Below are positions 13,678-28,624 of a stretch of 64,000 nt of DNA, one piece after another. Origin of the DNA: Octopus sinensis (taxonomy: Eukaryota); NCBI RefSeq assembly GCF_006345805.1, contig NC_043007.1:12090001-12154000 (forward strand). Direction: 5' to 3'. The stretch's first letter is position 1, and every line of letters begins with the position of its first letter. The position numbers were made by a program, and so were the translations under genes. Under the pieces are notes generated by a model. The model saw only the letters and a program-made list of their open reading frames with translations, was not told the origin of the DNA and did no database searches.

Positions 13678-14085
13678 GGTGCAGGAGTGGCTGTGTGGTA
13701 AGTAGCTTGCTTACCAACCACATGGTTCTGAGTTCAGTCCACTGCGTGGCACCTTGGGCAAGTGTCTTCTACTATAGTCTCGGCTATAGCCTATAGCCTT
13801 GTGAGTGGATTTGGTAAACGGAAGCTAAAAGAAACCCGTCGTCTATATCTATATATGTATGCGTGTGTATATGTTTGTATGTCTGTGCTTGTCTCTCCAA
13901 CATCACTTGACAACCGATGCTGGTGTGTTTATGTCTCCGTAATTTAGAGGTTTGGCAAAAAGAGACCAATACAATAAGTACTAGGCTTACAAAGAATAAG
14001 TCCTGGGGTCGATTTGCTCAACTAAAGGTGGTGCTCCAGCATGGCTGCAGTCAAATGACTGAAACAAGCAAAAGAATAAAAGAAT
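13678..14085 (+). mobile_element. tRNA-derived SINE, family B (head gcaggagtggctgtgtggtaag), full length
   Basis: A/B-box-like head, internal (TA/TG)n, tail gctccagcatggctgcagtcaaatgactgaaacaag(aataaaa)n. More than 10 relatives in the window. Confidence 0.85.
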
Positions 14086-15108
14086 ATACTATTTATTCCA
14101 GAGAGGAGCTAAAGTGCAAGTCAGAAGGGGAAGACGGACAGTGATATGGCCAACACTGCTGACCTGCCAATCGGAGGTGGGGGTGGGGGGAATGAAAGTT
14201 GGACTCCTCCTTGTCAAGGTTACATTCACCAGAGATGATTAACAGGGATGTGTCTTGTTTCAGATGTAATTTTTATTGTTCATTTTCCTTTCTAAGTAAT
14301 TCGAGGTTAGAATTATTATTATTAAAGAGAATGGAACGGTAGAAAGTCTGCTGTAGTATATGCTATAATACAAACAAAAATCAAATTAAAATTAAATAAA
14401 ATTAAAAAGAAATATGGAAAATAAAGATGAAACTGTGAATGAAGAATGATAAGGGGATGATGGGTCAAAACAATTTAATGGTAATTTACACATGCATGCA
14501 TATATATATGTATATATGTGTATGCATGCGTACATACATAGATGGTGGAGCCAATAGAAAACACCCAACACATTTTATCAAAGTTGGTATTAGAAAGGGT
14601 CTCTAGCCATAGAAACCATGCCAAAGACACAAGAGCCTGATGCAATCCTTGAATCTATTGAATACTGTGAAACCATCCAACCCACGCCAGCATGGAAGAT
14701 GGACGCTAAAAGGCAATGACAATGATGATGATGATGACAATGGTATACATACATAAATACACACACACATATATATATATGTATATATATACATACAAAT
14801 ACATACATATACATACATATATATACATATATATGTCCAACCCATGCTAGCATGGAAAACGGACGCTAAATGATGATGATGATATATATACACATATATA
14901 TATATATATATATATTTACACACATATATATACATACATACATACATATATACAAATACACACATACATACATACATACATACATACAATCTATAAACAC
15001 ACAAACAGAGGTTCCAAAGAATATTCTGTTGAAATGAAAGAGGTGACGGTTTGATGATTCGATGGCTTGAAAATGTCATGGAAAGCAAAAACACAAAATA
15101 TTTCAGTA

Positions 15109-15164
<56 letters not shown>

Positions 15165-17519
15165 CTGTATTGTTGTGTTAATAATATGGCAGACTGAGTG
15201 ATAATAAATAATCGCTGATCAGAAATAATTATTTGCTGATTTGGAATATATAGGAATGTGGCCTCAGACAAACTATCGGACTGATTTCAGAACGGAATTG
15301 AAACCAATGATAACAACAACAAATTTTTAGTGAACTGAATGGACATTATAGAAGAATTTGGTTAACCGTTAAATTAGTTAATGAATGAGAAAGTAATTAG
15401 TTTGTATTAAATTGATACAAAAAGTTCAATCTTTAACTCAATTCAAAACTTTTAATGTTTAAAATTTATTTGAAACAAACGCCTTGATGGGATTCATCTT
15501 GGCTATGTCTTCGATAAAAACTAAAGAAGTAGGCATCGGAGATGAAAAATGCAAGGATGTGGTGGGCGGAGTGAAATTCCAGGGTGGCAATGAGGGAAGT
15601 ATTTGGAAACCAATGCTGATGATGATGACGAAGCTGATGATGACAACGCTGCTGCTGCTGATGATTTTGACGCTGATGATGATGATGACAATAATGATAA
15701 CAAGCTTGTGTTCCTTGGTGAGGCCTTTTAATTATGCATTTTCTTTGATGGCAGAGTTTGACAACACAATTTAAAATTAATAATAATAATGATAATAATA
15801 ATAATAATAATAATAAACAAGAACTGTTCCTGTTATTGTAGGTGCCCTAGATATGATAAAACAAGGGATGTCAGAAACATCTAGATAACATCCCAGGAGA
15901 ACCATGTCTCAGAGAAATCCAAAAGATTGTACTGATAAGTACTGTCCACATCCTTGGAAAAACCCTATCCATTTAAATGTATGTATTGTATTACATGAAG
16001 ATATTTTGCTCCTTCTCCTCCCCCAAGCTTTGAGTAATGCTGTAACATCTCTTATCCTTCACTCGTCCCAGGAAACTGGGTGTGTCCCAGCAAGTGACAG
16101 TAACTAACATGTGGATTAAGAGTAAAATAAAGTAATGATAATAATAATAATAATAATTGTTTCTGATATTTAGAGGAGGGGATTAGTCGATACCATCAAC
16201 CCCTCTCCCAGTAACTGCCCGGCACTTTATTTTATCAACCTCAAAAGGATGAAGGGCAAAGCTGACCAGTGGTAGTTGGACTTAGAATGCAAAGCACTGG
16301 AACAAATAATGAAAAACATTTTTTTTCCGATGCCCTAATGATTCTGTCAGCTTGACATCTTTAATAATAATAATAATAGTAACAGTAATAATAATAATAG
16401 AAAGGCGGTGAGGAGATGAATGACATTTATTGATGATATAATATATAATGATATGAGGAATGATGAATGATGAATGAAGAACTTAAAAAGAAAACAACAT
16501 AAATATTTTAAAAAATCAAAGATAATGCTATTTGTGGTAGTAGTAGTAGTAGTGGCTGTAGTGGTGGTGGTGGTGATGGTGGTTATAGTGGTAGTGGTGG
16601 TTCTGTATTTGGTATTGGTGTTAACAACAGCAAAAACAACAGTATATTCAGGTGTTGGAATTAACCCAAAGACAAGTTGGTTTTTCAAAAAAAGAAAGAA
16701 GGAAAGAAAGAAAGAAAGAAAACAAAATTTACTCAGATATTTATGTAAATAAGTTATTTTGCAGTAAAGTAGAGCTTGCTTCAAGTATGAACTTTACTGG
16801 AAGGGAAACTAATGTCGTTTATTTTGTCAGAATAGATCTTGCAGAAAGTGATCAGAATTGGTACAAATTATAATTTTTAAAGTGAGTTAATTTATGGAAA
16901 TAATGAATTTGTAGACCACTTTAGTGGTCATTCCTCTTATTAATTGTAATATAATTTTTAAATCTTCAGAGTTTTTTTGAATATGCTAGACCATTGGTTT
17001 AAATTGATGTTAATTGATTGATCATCAATTTCTACCCTCAGTATTTTAATTTATATATATATATCTATATATATATATATATATATACATATATACACAC
17101 ATATATATACATACATATACTCGTATTTTGAGTTCTATTTTCTTGTTTGTTTCACCAAACTTCTGTCCTTAAATATAAATTCCGCTATCTTTGTGATGAC
17201 TCAGTGTTAAAGAGGACCATATATTCTTAATGGAATCAATAAAAGAAAAATGGGTTTTCAGAACTAGAACTAAAGTTTCATTGTATTAAGCTCATATTTT
17301 TAAGGTGTTTTACTTCAAACCAATTCCAGTAAGAATATGGTTGATCTCAAAAGATGTTTGTTATTTGTTATTTATTGTATAAAGATTCTAAGTGTAACAA
17401 CAGCTAAAGAATATAGTAGTTGTGTGTGCGGGAGGTGAGGAGTGATCAGTTATGTCATTAGTGTAGAAATAAAGAGAAAAAACAACAACAAAAATAAAAA
17501 TAATAATAATAATAATAAT

Positions 17520-17735
17520 CCTTTCTACTACAGGCACAAGACCTGAAATTTTGGGAGAGGGGGTCCAGTTGATTTGATTGACCTTAGTACGCAATTGGTA
17601 CTTGATTTATCGACCCCGAAAGGAAGAAAGGCAAAGTCAACCTCGGCGGAATTTGAACTGGAAACGTAGCAACAGGCGAAATACCGCTAAGCATTTCATC
17701 TGGTGCACTAACGTTTCTGCCAACTCACTACCTTA
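17520..17735 (-). mobile_element. SINE family A, older subfamily
   Basis: Same core and head as 1835-2067, flanked by (AAT)n. Confidence 0.8.
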
Positions 17736-18763
17736 ACATTAATAATAATAATAAAAATAATAATAAAACAGAAAAAAACTGAAGAAAAGAAAATTAATGG
17801 ATTTAAGCAAAATACTTAGGAATTAGTTTTCTATAGTTTGTAATGGTTTAAAAAAACAAATAAAATAATAAATATTTGTTGTTTATTTTTTTTATTTTTT
17901 GCTTTTGTGTGTTCGTGTATTTGGCATCATACAAGACATTTAATCAGTTTGATAGCCATGGCTTATGAATAATAAATAATTAAAACTAGGAAACGAATAA
18001 TTACAATTAAAAAAAATTTTTAAAAAACATATAAAAGAGACACTGCTAAATGGATAAATTAGGCAACAGAAATCAAAGATGATATGTAAAAGGCTTTTTT
18101 GTTGGTTTTTTTTTGTGTTTTTGTAATGGAATGAGATCACTGTCAAAGAATTTAAAAAGCCATAAATGAAGAACTGTGATTTTTAATTAGTTTAAGAAAA
18201 AAAATTGGAAAATAAAATTCCACGAATGAACGTTGCAAACAAATTGAAAATAAATAAAATAAATATATGAAATAAAAAGAGTGTTAGCAGATTTGTCTTC
18301 AATGAAAGAAAAAGATTTCTTTCAGTGAAATTTTTTTTTTTTAACTTGATAAGATGAACATTTTAGATTTCTTTGCATGCTTTTAGTTTTGTATATGAGA
18401 TGTAAGTAATTTTATGTGCCACTTATCAAGATATTATATTCCTTTGAAGAAAACAAAAAAAAAAGACCAGCAGTGAACTGTTTAAAAATACCAAAAAAAA
18501 AAAAAAACGTTCTGGTCAAAAAAAATGTGAAGCTGTCTAACATTTCACACATAAGTGTAGGCGGGGTGGGAGAGAACTATGTACAGACATATCGTTTGTT
18601 CTCTTAAGTATCACTGTTGTTCACATATTTATCTTACAGAATCGGTTAAACGTTAGCCATCATATACCTGTATTCAATATGGATAACAAAACTCCACAAA
18701 ATATCAGGTAATAATGGTGAGCATGTGAAGAAGAATCGGTACTGCTGCTGCTGCTGTGGCTGC

Positions 18764-18817
18764 CTACTTCAGTATGGACGGGAACATCGTGGTCTGATTT
18801 GGCAGCACCCGGGGTAG
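18764..18817 (-). CDS. BRSK: Candidate alternative last coding exon of BRSK: LPRVLPNQTTMFPSILK*
   Basis: Acceptor ctaaaattgtttctgtcag| in a GC-richer island. Phase 0 matches a donor AAG|gtctga at 20583. No homology support. Confidence 0.4.
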   Translation of the reverse strand, partial: LPRVLPNQTTMFPSILK

Positions 18818-19805
18818 CTGACAGAAACAATTTTAGTTGCAGACATACTTCCAAGGAATCTTTCTCGCTCTCTTACTTTCACAGTGTGCTTAACAAATAA
18901 TAAAAAATGTTCTTATGGCAGCTAGCTGAGGAACTGATAGAAAGAATTGTCAAAGACCGCACCGTGTGCTCTTATAGCTAACTAGTAAAACAAAGACAAA
19001 AAAAACAAAAAAAAATCTTTGATTAACTTCACAAAAAAAAAAAAAAATTCAATTAAATAAAATCTTAAAAATTAAGATATAAATTTGAGATCATATTCTC
19101 AAACAGTTTTCTGAATGGTGAATATATGAGGATAAATAAAGAATGTGAATGGAGTTTTCTTTTTTCTTTTTAACTAAAGCTTCGAAAATGAAACTAAATG
19201 GGGAGGGGGGAAAATTAAAGCTTAAACGTGTGGAAAATAACGAAAATGAAATCATCTGCCATGTTATTTTTCACTAAGTTGACCATAAAGCAACATTATG
19301 AGAGAAATGGATTCACTATCATGACAGACTGAGTACAGAATTTTTTGACTTTTTTGATTAAAATACTCTTGAGACAACTTATGGGCTGGTTAACTATTGG
19401 AAGGAAAAAAAAAAAAGGAAAAGCAGATTTTTTTTTTTTGCCTTAACATCTTTCTAGTGAGAATGGAATGATGATAGCTAAGAAAGAGCCTTTTTTTTTT
19501 TTAGCAAAACTAGGATACTAATTTCCTAACCAGAGGAAGGGTTGCGAGTAAACTAAAATGTAATTAATAAAATTTTAAAAAATTAAAAACTTGCCAAGTG
19601 TGATTTAAAAAAATGAAATGAAATGAATTATAGTCAAAAACAAAATGAGATGTAATAAAACAACTGACAGATATGTGCTACATGAGATACCATTAGGCTG
19701 CTTCCATGCATCTATCCATTGTTAATATCACTGAAGGCACAGCCCCTGAAAACATTTAACTTGTATTACATATATATATACATACATATATATATGTGTA
19801 TATAC

Positions 19806-19883
<78 letters not shown>

Positions 19884-20126
19884 CATATATATATGTGTGT
19901 GTGTATGTGTGTACACAAACATATACATATAGACATACATATATATATATACATATATGTACATACATACACACATCATATATATATTACGTATATATAC
20001 ATATATATATATATATACACACACGTGTATATATATATATGTGTACATAAATACATGCATCATATATATATATATATTACATATATATATACATACATAT
20101 ATATGTATGTGCGTGTGTATATATAT

Positions 20127-20183
<57 letters not shown>

Positions 20184-20379
20184 ATATACATATATATAAA
20201 ATGCTAATTGGTCAACGCTCAATAAAATAATAAAACATTTTTCTTGGCTTCTTTTAACACACAAGTATAAGGACAAAAAAATTCATTTTTTGACAGATTG
20301 GCTATTTCAAAAGTATTATTATATTATTAGTAATAGAAACAGTGTAGCAATAGTAGTAGTTGTAGTAGTAGTAGTAGTT

Positions 20380-20410
<31 letters not shown>

Positions 20411-20479
20411 GAGTAGGAGTACAAGATGGAGATAGTGGCGGTGGTCAATTAGGTCTGGACATCTCTTAGTCACAATAGA

Positions 20480-20485
20480 TTTATT
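20480..20485 (-). terminator. Candidate polyadenylation signal (AATAAA on minus strand)
   Basis: Lies about 93 nt after the EKV* stop codon. AATAAA is common in this AT-rich DNA, so support is weak. Confidence 0.3.
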
Positions 20486-20577
20486 AAACCAGTTGCAATT
20501 GTCACAACCATTTGTCAGTCAACTGTCCCTGTGTGGTTCTTCCTTTCGTAGTTGCGGATTTTGGTTGGTACATTCAG

Positions 20578-20679
20578 TCAGACCTTTTCTGTGGTGGCAG
20601 TATGTTCTGTAGTCACAGACCGTTTTCGGAACATGTCCTTTCTTTGTGGATTGGGAGTTCTTCTTTCTTTGTCAAAAGC
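20578..20679 (-). CDS. BRSK: BRSK probable terminal coding exon: AFDKERRTPNPQRKDMFRKRSVTTEHTATTEKV*
   Basis: Acceptor ttttaaaaatacag|. Phase 0 is open and matches upstream phase-0 exons. Coding-like composition in an otherwise AT-rich and repetitive region. Confidence 0.7.
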   Translation of the reverse strand, partial: AFDKERRTPNPQRKDMFRKRSVTTEHTATTEKV

Positions 20680-21051
20680 CTGTATTTTTAAAAAAAAAAA
20701 AGAAAGAAAAAAAAAACACAAAATCAAAATTCAGTTATAGAAAGGAAAAAAAAAAATCCGGTATTATAAATAACTTGCATGTTTATATGTGGATCAATTA
20801 ATTTTGAATGCATGACTGTACATGTATGTATATATGCAGATATATATATATATTTATATATGAGGATGATCCGGTTTTTGACTGAAGATTAAAAGCTTCG
20901 AATGATCCATCCGTGATTTTTGTATCGTCTATCTGGATGTTTTGTTGTCCCTTTTTGTATCACCTAGTTGTCTGGATGTTTTGCGTTCTTGTCCCATTTT
21001 GTATTTATATATATATATATATATATATATACTTGCACACACATACAAATA

Positions 21052-21096
<45 letters not shown>

Positions 21097-21121
21097 ACAC
21101 ACACATATATATATGCATGTA

Positions 21122-21385
21122 CTTTATTAATAAAGCTGCAAAGACATCGCGAAAACTCTTAATCAAAGTTCCAAGTTTCCGTTTGTCGGACAGTTTTGGT
21201 TGAGAAGGGAACCTTATTTTTGTTCCATTCTCAACCAAAACTGTCTGACGAAGGGGAATGTGAAACTCTGAGTAACAGCTTTTGTGATGTCTTTGCAGCT
21301 TTATGAATAAAGCATATTACTCTACCTCTGGTATTCAAGTACTATTTTTTCCACCTTGTTTCACATTCACGTGCTCACTCTAGCA
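21122..21385. repeat. Fold-back element with about 75-nt tail (family shared with 46554-46735)
   Basis: Arms taaagctgcaaagacatc...acagttttggttgagaa and ttctcaaccaaaactgt...gatgtctttgcagcttta. Tail aaagcatattactctacc...ccaccttgtttcacatt is shared with the 46.6 kb copies. Confidence 0.85.
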
Positions 21386-21402
21386 TATATATATATATAT
21401 AT

Positions 21403-21546
21403 AAAATTATAAATTAGGGTATCTACGAGATACCACCATGCTGAAAATAGCAGCCATGATCTGACTCTAAAACCACCTTAATTGTCAGATCATGGTTGCT
21501 ATTTTCAGCATGGTGGTATCTCGTAGATACCCTAATTTATAATTTT
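21403..21546. repeat. Fold-back hairpin element in (TA)n
   Basis: aaaattataaattagggtatctacgagataccaccatgctgaaaatagcagccatgatctgac paired with its near-perfect reverse complement. Confidence 0.9.
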
Positions 21547-22017
21547 AATAATTATTACCTTTGAAGGTTATTTTTTCCCATGCTGACCACTTGATAAAAT
21601 CGTTATTTTATTTTTAGATTAACGATCTTATTTATGTATATATATATATATGAAATTCATACAAACACACATATTTGCATATATGCCACACATCAGCACA
21701 TGCAAATATATACAGAAATACATGAATACATCAAAGAGGCAGAGGCTGAAAAACTGAAGAGGAAACAAATGAATTACAATTTTAATATTTAGTTTTAGTT
21801 ATTTTTAATTTTTTGTAAACAATTCAAGACAGGCTAAAAAATGTAACATCGTTACTGTCCTCATTTTAACATCCACTTTTTCTATGTTCACCTGGGGTGG
21901 ACAAGGTTTGTCGAGGCAGGTGTTTCACTCTAATTAATACATCCTTTATGTTGTTCTTTTACCTGTCTGTATTTTTTTGTATATATATATATATGTATGT
22001 ATGTATGTATGTATGCA

Positions 22018-24571
<2,554 letters not shown>

Positions 24572-25662
24572 TAGAACGCCCACTAACTCCAGTGTTCATC
24601 CAGGAAAAGACTCCTTTATAGACATGTTATGTTAAAGACACAAAGTACTTCAGTGCTAGATGCAGCAAAAAGACCCTGGAGGTGCACATTTTCTATATCT
24701 GTATGTTTTTCTGGCAGGAAGTGGGAGAGGTGATAATTTATTTTTTCCAAATGGCTTTCATATGATTACTACTGATTTGAAAACTTCTTCATGTAGTATT
24801 AATTTCAGTATGCAAAAATTAGTATTTTAAACTTATATATTAACAAATTAATGCAAATAATTTGTGAATATGATTTAATGAGAAAGCTAACTCATTAAAT
24901 CACCAGAATATCAGTTACACCAACAGAATTCGCTGTAACACCAAAGATGAACAGAAGGCAAGGATAGTGACAGGTAAAGTGGTGCCCCACACAAATGCCT
25001 ACAGGCTGGTATCAAAATATATGAAGCAATGAACTAGAAAGATTATTGATATCTTTTGTGTAAGTAGCAAGTGCAGAGGTGATGCAAGATAACATGGCAT
25101 CAGGAGGGGACTATAGAGACTTGCATGACCCCTGAAGACAACAAGACTATTCTGGAGCTGTCCATTGTGGAGGCAAAAAGTAGAGCAATGAAGAGCAAAA
25201 ATCCTAGTTGCCATATAAGTGGCAGTAAAAGCCAGATGAAGGCTTTCAACAAAAAGAAGGGGCTGGAAAAGTAGAGGAAGAATGTAGTAGACAAAAGGAA
25301 AAGCAACATGAAAATCTGAAGGCCCCGGAAATTATTGTTTGCAGGGTGCACTTCGGCTGTCACTTTGCAAAAATGAAGAGGATATGGAGGCTGGAAAGGA
25401 ATGAAAAAGCCACCAGAGACAGCCAAAAACCAAAAACAAGACATCCAGAAGCAGAAGAGTGGATCCAGATCAAAGACAAACATCAGAAAATTCTATCTTC
25501 TTCTGGCATGTAATTCACAGACCTTAGAGTTGACAGCAAATGGCTGGAGGAAGAAGAACCAAATGAGATCTTCCAAGAGTCTTCATTAGGACTCAAAGCT
25601 AGCCTAGTACGGAGAATGTAATACTAACAGTCACTTTCAAGAGTCCTAAGTTCCAATACCAG

Positions 25663-25960
25663 TGGAGGCACATGGCCTAGTGGTTAGAGCAGCAGACTCG
25701 CAGTCGAGGGCTCGTGGGTTCGAATCTTGGACCGAGTGATGTGTGTGTTTATGAGTGAAACATCTAAGCCCTATGCGGTTCCGGCAGAAATTAATGCCGA
25801 ACTTCTGTTGACTCTTTCGCCACAACTTTCTCTCACTCTTTCCTCCTACATCTTACAGCTCACCTGTGATGGACCGGCGTCCCATCCAGGTGGGGAACCT
25901 ATACTCCAAGGAAACCAGCCCTTATGAGCCAGGCGTGGCTCGAGAAGGAACAAACAACAA
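25663..25960 (+). mobile_element. tRNA-derived SINE, family C variant (relatives 37745-37980, 49335-49617, 58976-59282)
   Basis: Head tggaggcacatggcctagtggttagagcagc...gttcgaatc. Flanked by the direct repeat ttccaataccag. Confidence 0.8.
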
Positions 25961-26039
25961 AACAATTTCCAATACCAGGATCAAGAGGTAACCTAGGTAA
26001 CCTAAAGTGGTGGTTTCTTACTCATTTTTATTTATATTC

Positions 26040-26442
26040 ATCATCATCATCATTTAGCGTCCGTTTTCCATGCTAGCATGGGTTGGACGGTTCAACTGGG
26101 GTCTCTGAAGCCAGAAGGCTGCATCAGGCCCAGTCTGATCTGGCAGTGTTTCTACGGCTGGATGCCCTTCCTAATGCCAACCACTCTGCAAGTGTAGTGG
26201 GTGCTTTTTACGTGCCACCCGCACAGGCGCCAGACGGTGCTGGCAAACGGCCACGAACGGATGGTGCTTTTACGTGCCACCAGCACGGGGGCCAGGCGAG
26301 GCTGGCAACGGACACGAACGGATGGTGCTTTTACGTGCCACCAGCACGGGGGCCAGGCGAGGCTGGCAACGGCCACGAACGGATGGTGCTTTTATGTGCC
26401 ATCGGCACGGAGGCCAGTCGGGGCGGCGCTGGCAACGGCCAT
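26040..26442 (-). mobile_element. Non-autonomous element with RTE-like 3' tail and an internal 61-bp GC-rich tandem array
   Basis: Tail ccatgctagcatggaaaacggacgctaaatgatgatg matches 14.8 kb and the RTE relic end at 43.76 kb. About 4 units of gctggcaacggccacgaacggatggtgcttttacgtgccacc... Confidence 0.7.
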
Positions 26443-26720
26443 TCATATAATGTATTCATTTGTGTTTATTTACCACTGTTTCTTCTTCTTCAAGGGCAGC
26501 CACAACTGGAATGCATTTCAAACTGCATTGGGAACCTCTGCCTCCATTAGCATTTGTAAATTCTCAATTTCATGTTGCATGTTTCTTCTAATACGACCAA
26601 TGAATTCGAGTATTCTTCATCTTCTGTTACAATGCAGAAGCTTCCGAAATATAACATTTGAAAGGACCAGGTGTCCAGTATGAGGTCAGCAAAGCTTACC
26701 TTGCATTGTACAACAATAGT

Positions 26721-27105
26721 TTGGAAGCACTCCTTCAGTTACGACGACGAGGGTTCCGGTTGATCCGAATCAACGGAACAGCCTGCTCGTGAAATTAACG
26801 TGTAAGTGACTGACCACTCCACAGACACGTGTACCCTTAACGTAGTTCTTGGGGATATTCAGCGTGACACAGAGAGTGACAAGGCCGGCCCTTTGAAATA
26901 CAGGTACAACAGAAACAGGAAGTAAAAGTGAGAGAAAGTTGTGGTGAAAGAGTACAGCAGGGATCACCACAATCCCTGCCGGAGCCTCATGGAGCTTTGG
27001 GTGTTTTCGCTCAATAAACACTCACAACGCCCGGTCTGGGAATCGAAACCGCGATCCTACGACCGTGAGTCCGCTGCCCTAACCACTGGGCCATTGCACC
27101 TCCAC
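26721..27105 (-). mobile_element. tRNA-derived SINE, family C (head tggaggcgcaatggcccagtggttagggcag)
   Basis: TSD acaacaatagt (26710-26720, 27106-27116). Homologous to 27329-27712 (+) and 61193-61571 (-). Confidence 0.85.
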
Positions 27106-27328
27106 ACAACAATAGTAAAGATAGGATAGAATGTGTCCATAAATTTCCTCTTTGGTGCCATCAAGGCAATCGTAAAGCACTTCCTTTATAGTCCAGGTTT
27201 CATCTCTTATAGAGAAGAATGCTCTCTACACATGTCCTGAAGAAGTCAGCCTTGTTAACTTTAAAATACTTGACTGTCAATTCTTACCATCTTAATATAC
27301 TTCATATACTTTTATATACTTATATACT

Positions 27329-27712
27329 GTGGAGGCACAATGGCCCAGTGGTTAGGGCAGTGGACTCATGGTCGTGGGATTGCAGTTTCGATCCCCAGAC
27401 CGAGTGTTGTGAGTGTTTATTGAACGAAAACACCTAAAGCTCCATGAGGCTCCAGCAGGGCGTGGTGGCGAACCCTACTGTATTCTTTCACCACAACTTT
27501 CTCTCAGCCTTTCTTCCTGTTTCTGTAGTACATGTATTTCAAAGGGCCAGCCTTGTCACACACTGTATCACGCTGAATCTCCCCGAGAATTACATTAAGG
27601 GTACACGTGTCTGTGGAAGTGCTCAGCCACTTACACCTTGATTTCACAAGCAGGCTGTTCTGTTGATTGGATCAACTGGAACCCTCGTCATCATAACCGT
27701 TAGAGTGCCACG
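27329..27712 (+). mobile_element. SINE family C, head-to-head with the 26721-27105 copy
   Basis: Same head and body; flanked by acttatatact direct repeats. Confidence 0.85.
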
Positions 27713-27726
27713 ACTTATATACTTAA

Positions 27727-27947
27727 CCCTTTAGTGTTTACATTATTCTGCCAAAACTAATTCTTTTTTATCCACATTGTTTTGAACTAATTGTGCATTA
27801 TCTTGTAGCTATGAGATTTTGATGAGGTAGCTGTTCATTTTTAAAACGATATTGTAGGGTTGGTGTGAGAGACCAGATCTGGCCAGTTCGACCATAAAAC
27901 AGGCAGAATACTTTTGGCTGGATATGGCCGGTTTAAATGCTAAAGGG
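27727..27947. mobile_element. piggyBac-like MITE family 2 (relatives 45824-45960, 53575-53797)
   Basis: TTAA|CCCTTTAG ... CTAAAGGG|TTAA. TTAA TSD with CCC..GGG termini is the established piggyBac signature. Confidence 0.75.
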
Positions 27948-28423
27948 TTAATATAACTTTTTTTATATAACTATGTGTGTACATTCCCACATATGTCATA
28001 ATCTCTGTCATCACTGCCTCAAAAGGATGATGAGAAAAATGAGAAGACATGACAAAAGAGTCCCATTTCCCTTGAAGTTCATGAAATTCACAGTTCTTGG
28101 ACAAATACCAAGTACCCTAAAGTGACAGGTTACTGGGGAAAACTGCACCAACAGTCTATGTAGAGCTAAAGGAACGCTTTCCTCGGCATTCCTAAAGCAG
28201 AGATGCACATGTCTGAATTTCGATAACCAAGTTTTGGGTGGAAAATGGGCAGAAACTATCTATAACTGAAGGTGATCAGGCTGTAAGGTGTTCTAATCCT
28301 GTCAAGGTGACAGATTGTAACATCTCTTTTAACCTGTTTTAAATATTCTATACTCAGTTCTTCCAACCTGCCACTGCTTATCATATATGTGAAAATGAAA
28401 ATGATGATGATGATGATGATGAC

Positions 28424-28455
<32 letters not shown>

Positions 28456-28624
28456 CAATGATGATGATGATGAAGATGATGATGCTGTACATTCTATACA
28501 AATTTTGTAACTCCCTTTGTATGATGTTTGTATTGCATGTTAAGGCCCTTGTGGCCAATAAAGAAATTAGTGCTGTTGTTAATTATTATGGTTATTGTGG
28601 TTGTTGAGGTTAAGGCAGTTACTC

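Noticed and set aside
15484-15774. 97-codon plus-strand ORF with an acidic or poly-Met stretch and an open antisense frame
   Set aside because: Driven by a degenerate (GAT/GCT)n repeat, with no splice sites linking it to a gene.
18660-18854. ORF ending ...SSSHAHHYYLIFCGVLLSILNTGI*, resembling a GPI-anchor or transmembrane tail
   Set aside because: It needs phase-1 entry at the 18817 acceptor, but the upstream BRSK tail exons end in phase 0, and a GPI signal makes little sense on a cytosolic kinase. The phase-0 reading is preferred, though this one is not fully excluded.
21241-21270. CTGACGA...GAAAC hammerhead-like boxes in the 21.1 kb hairpin
   Set aside because: The 10 nt between the boxes cannot form stem II, so it is not called a ribozyme.
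24990-25610. Purine-rich stretch with several 60-130 aa ORFs
   Set aside because: All frames are interrupted and no domain is recognisable. Probably an old retroelement relic that I cannot classify.
26690-26720. Minus-strand donor-like CAAG|gtaagc
   Set aside because: No acceptor or open frame upstream; the surrounding sequence looks like a decayed transposon split by a SINE.
25663-27400. tRNA-like A/B-box heads that could be mistaken for tRNA genes
   Set aside because: They lack a complete cloverleaf and run directly into SINE bodies with TSDs.
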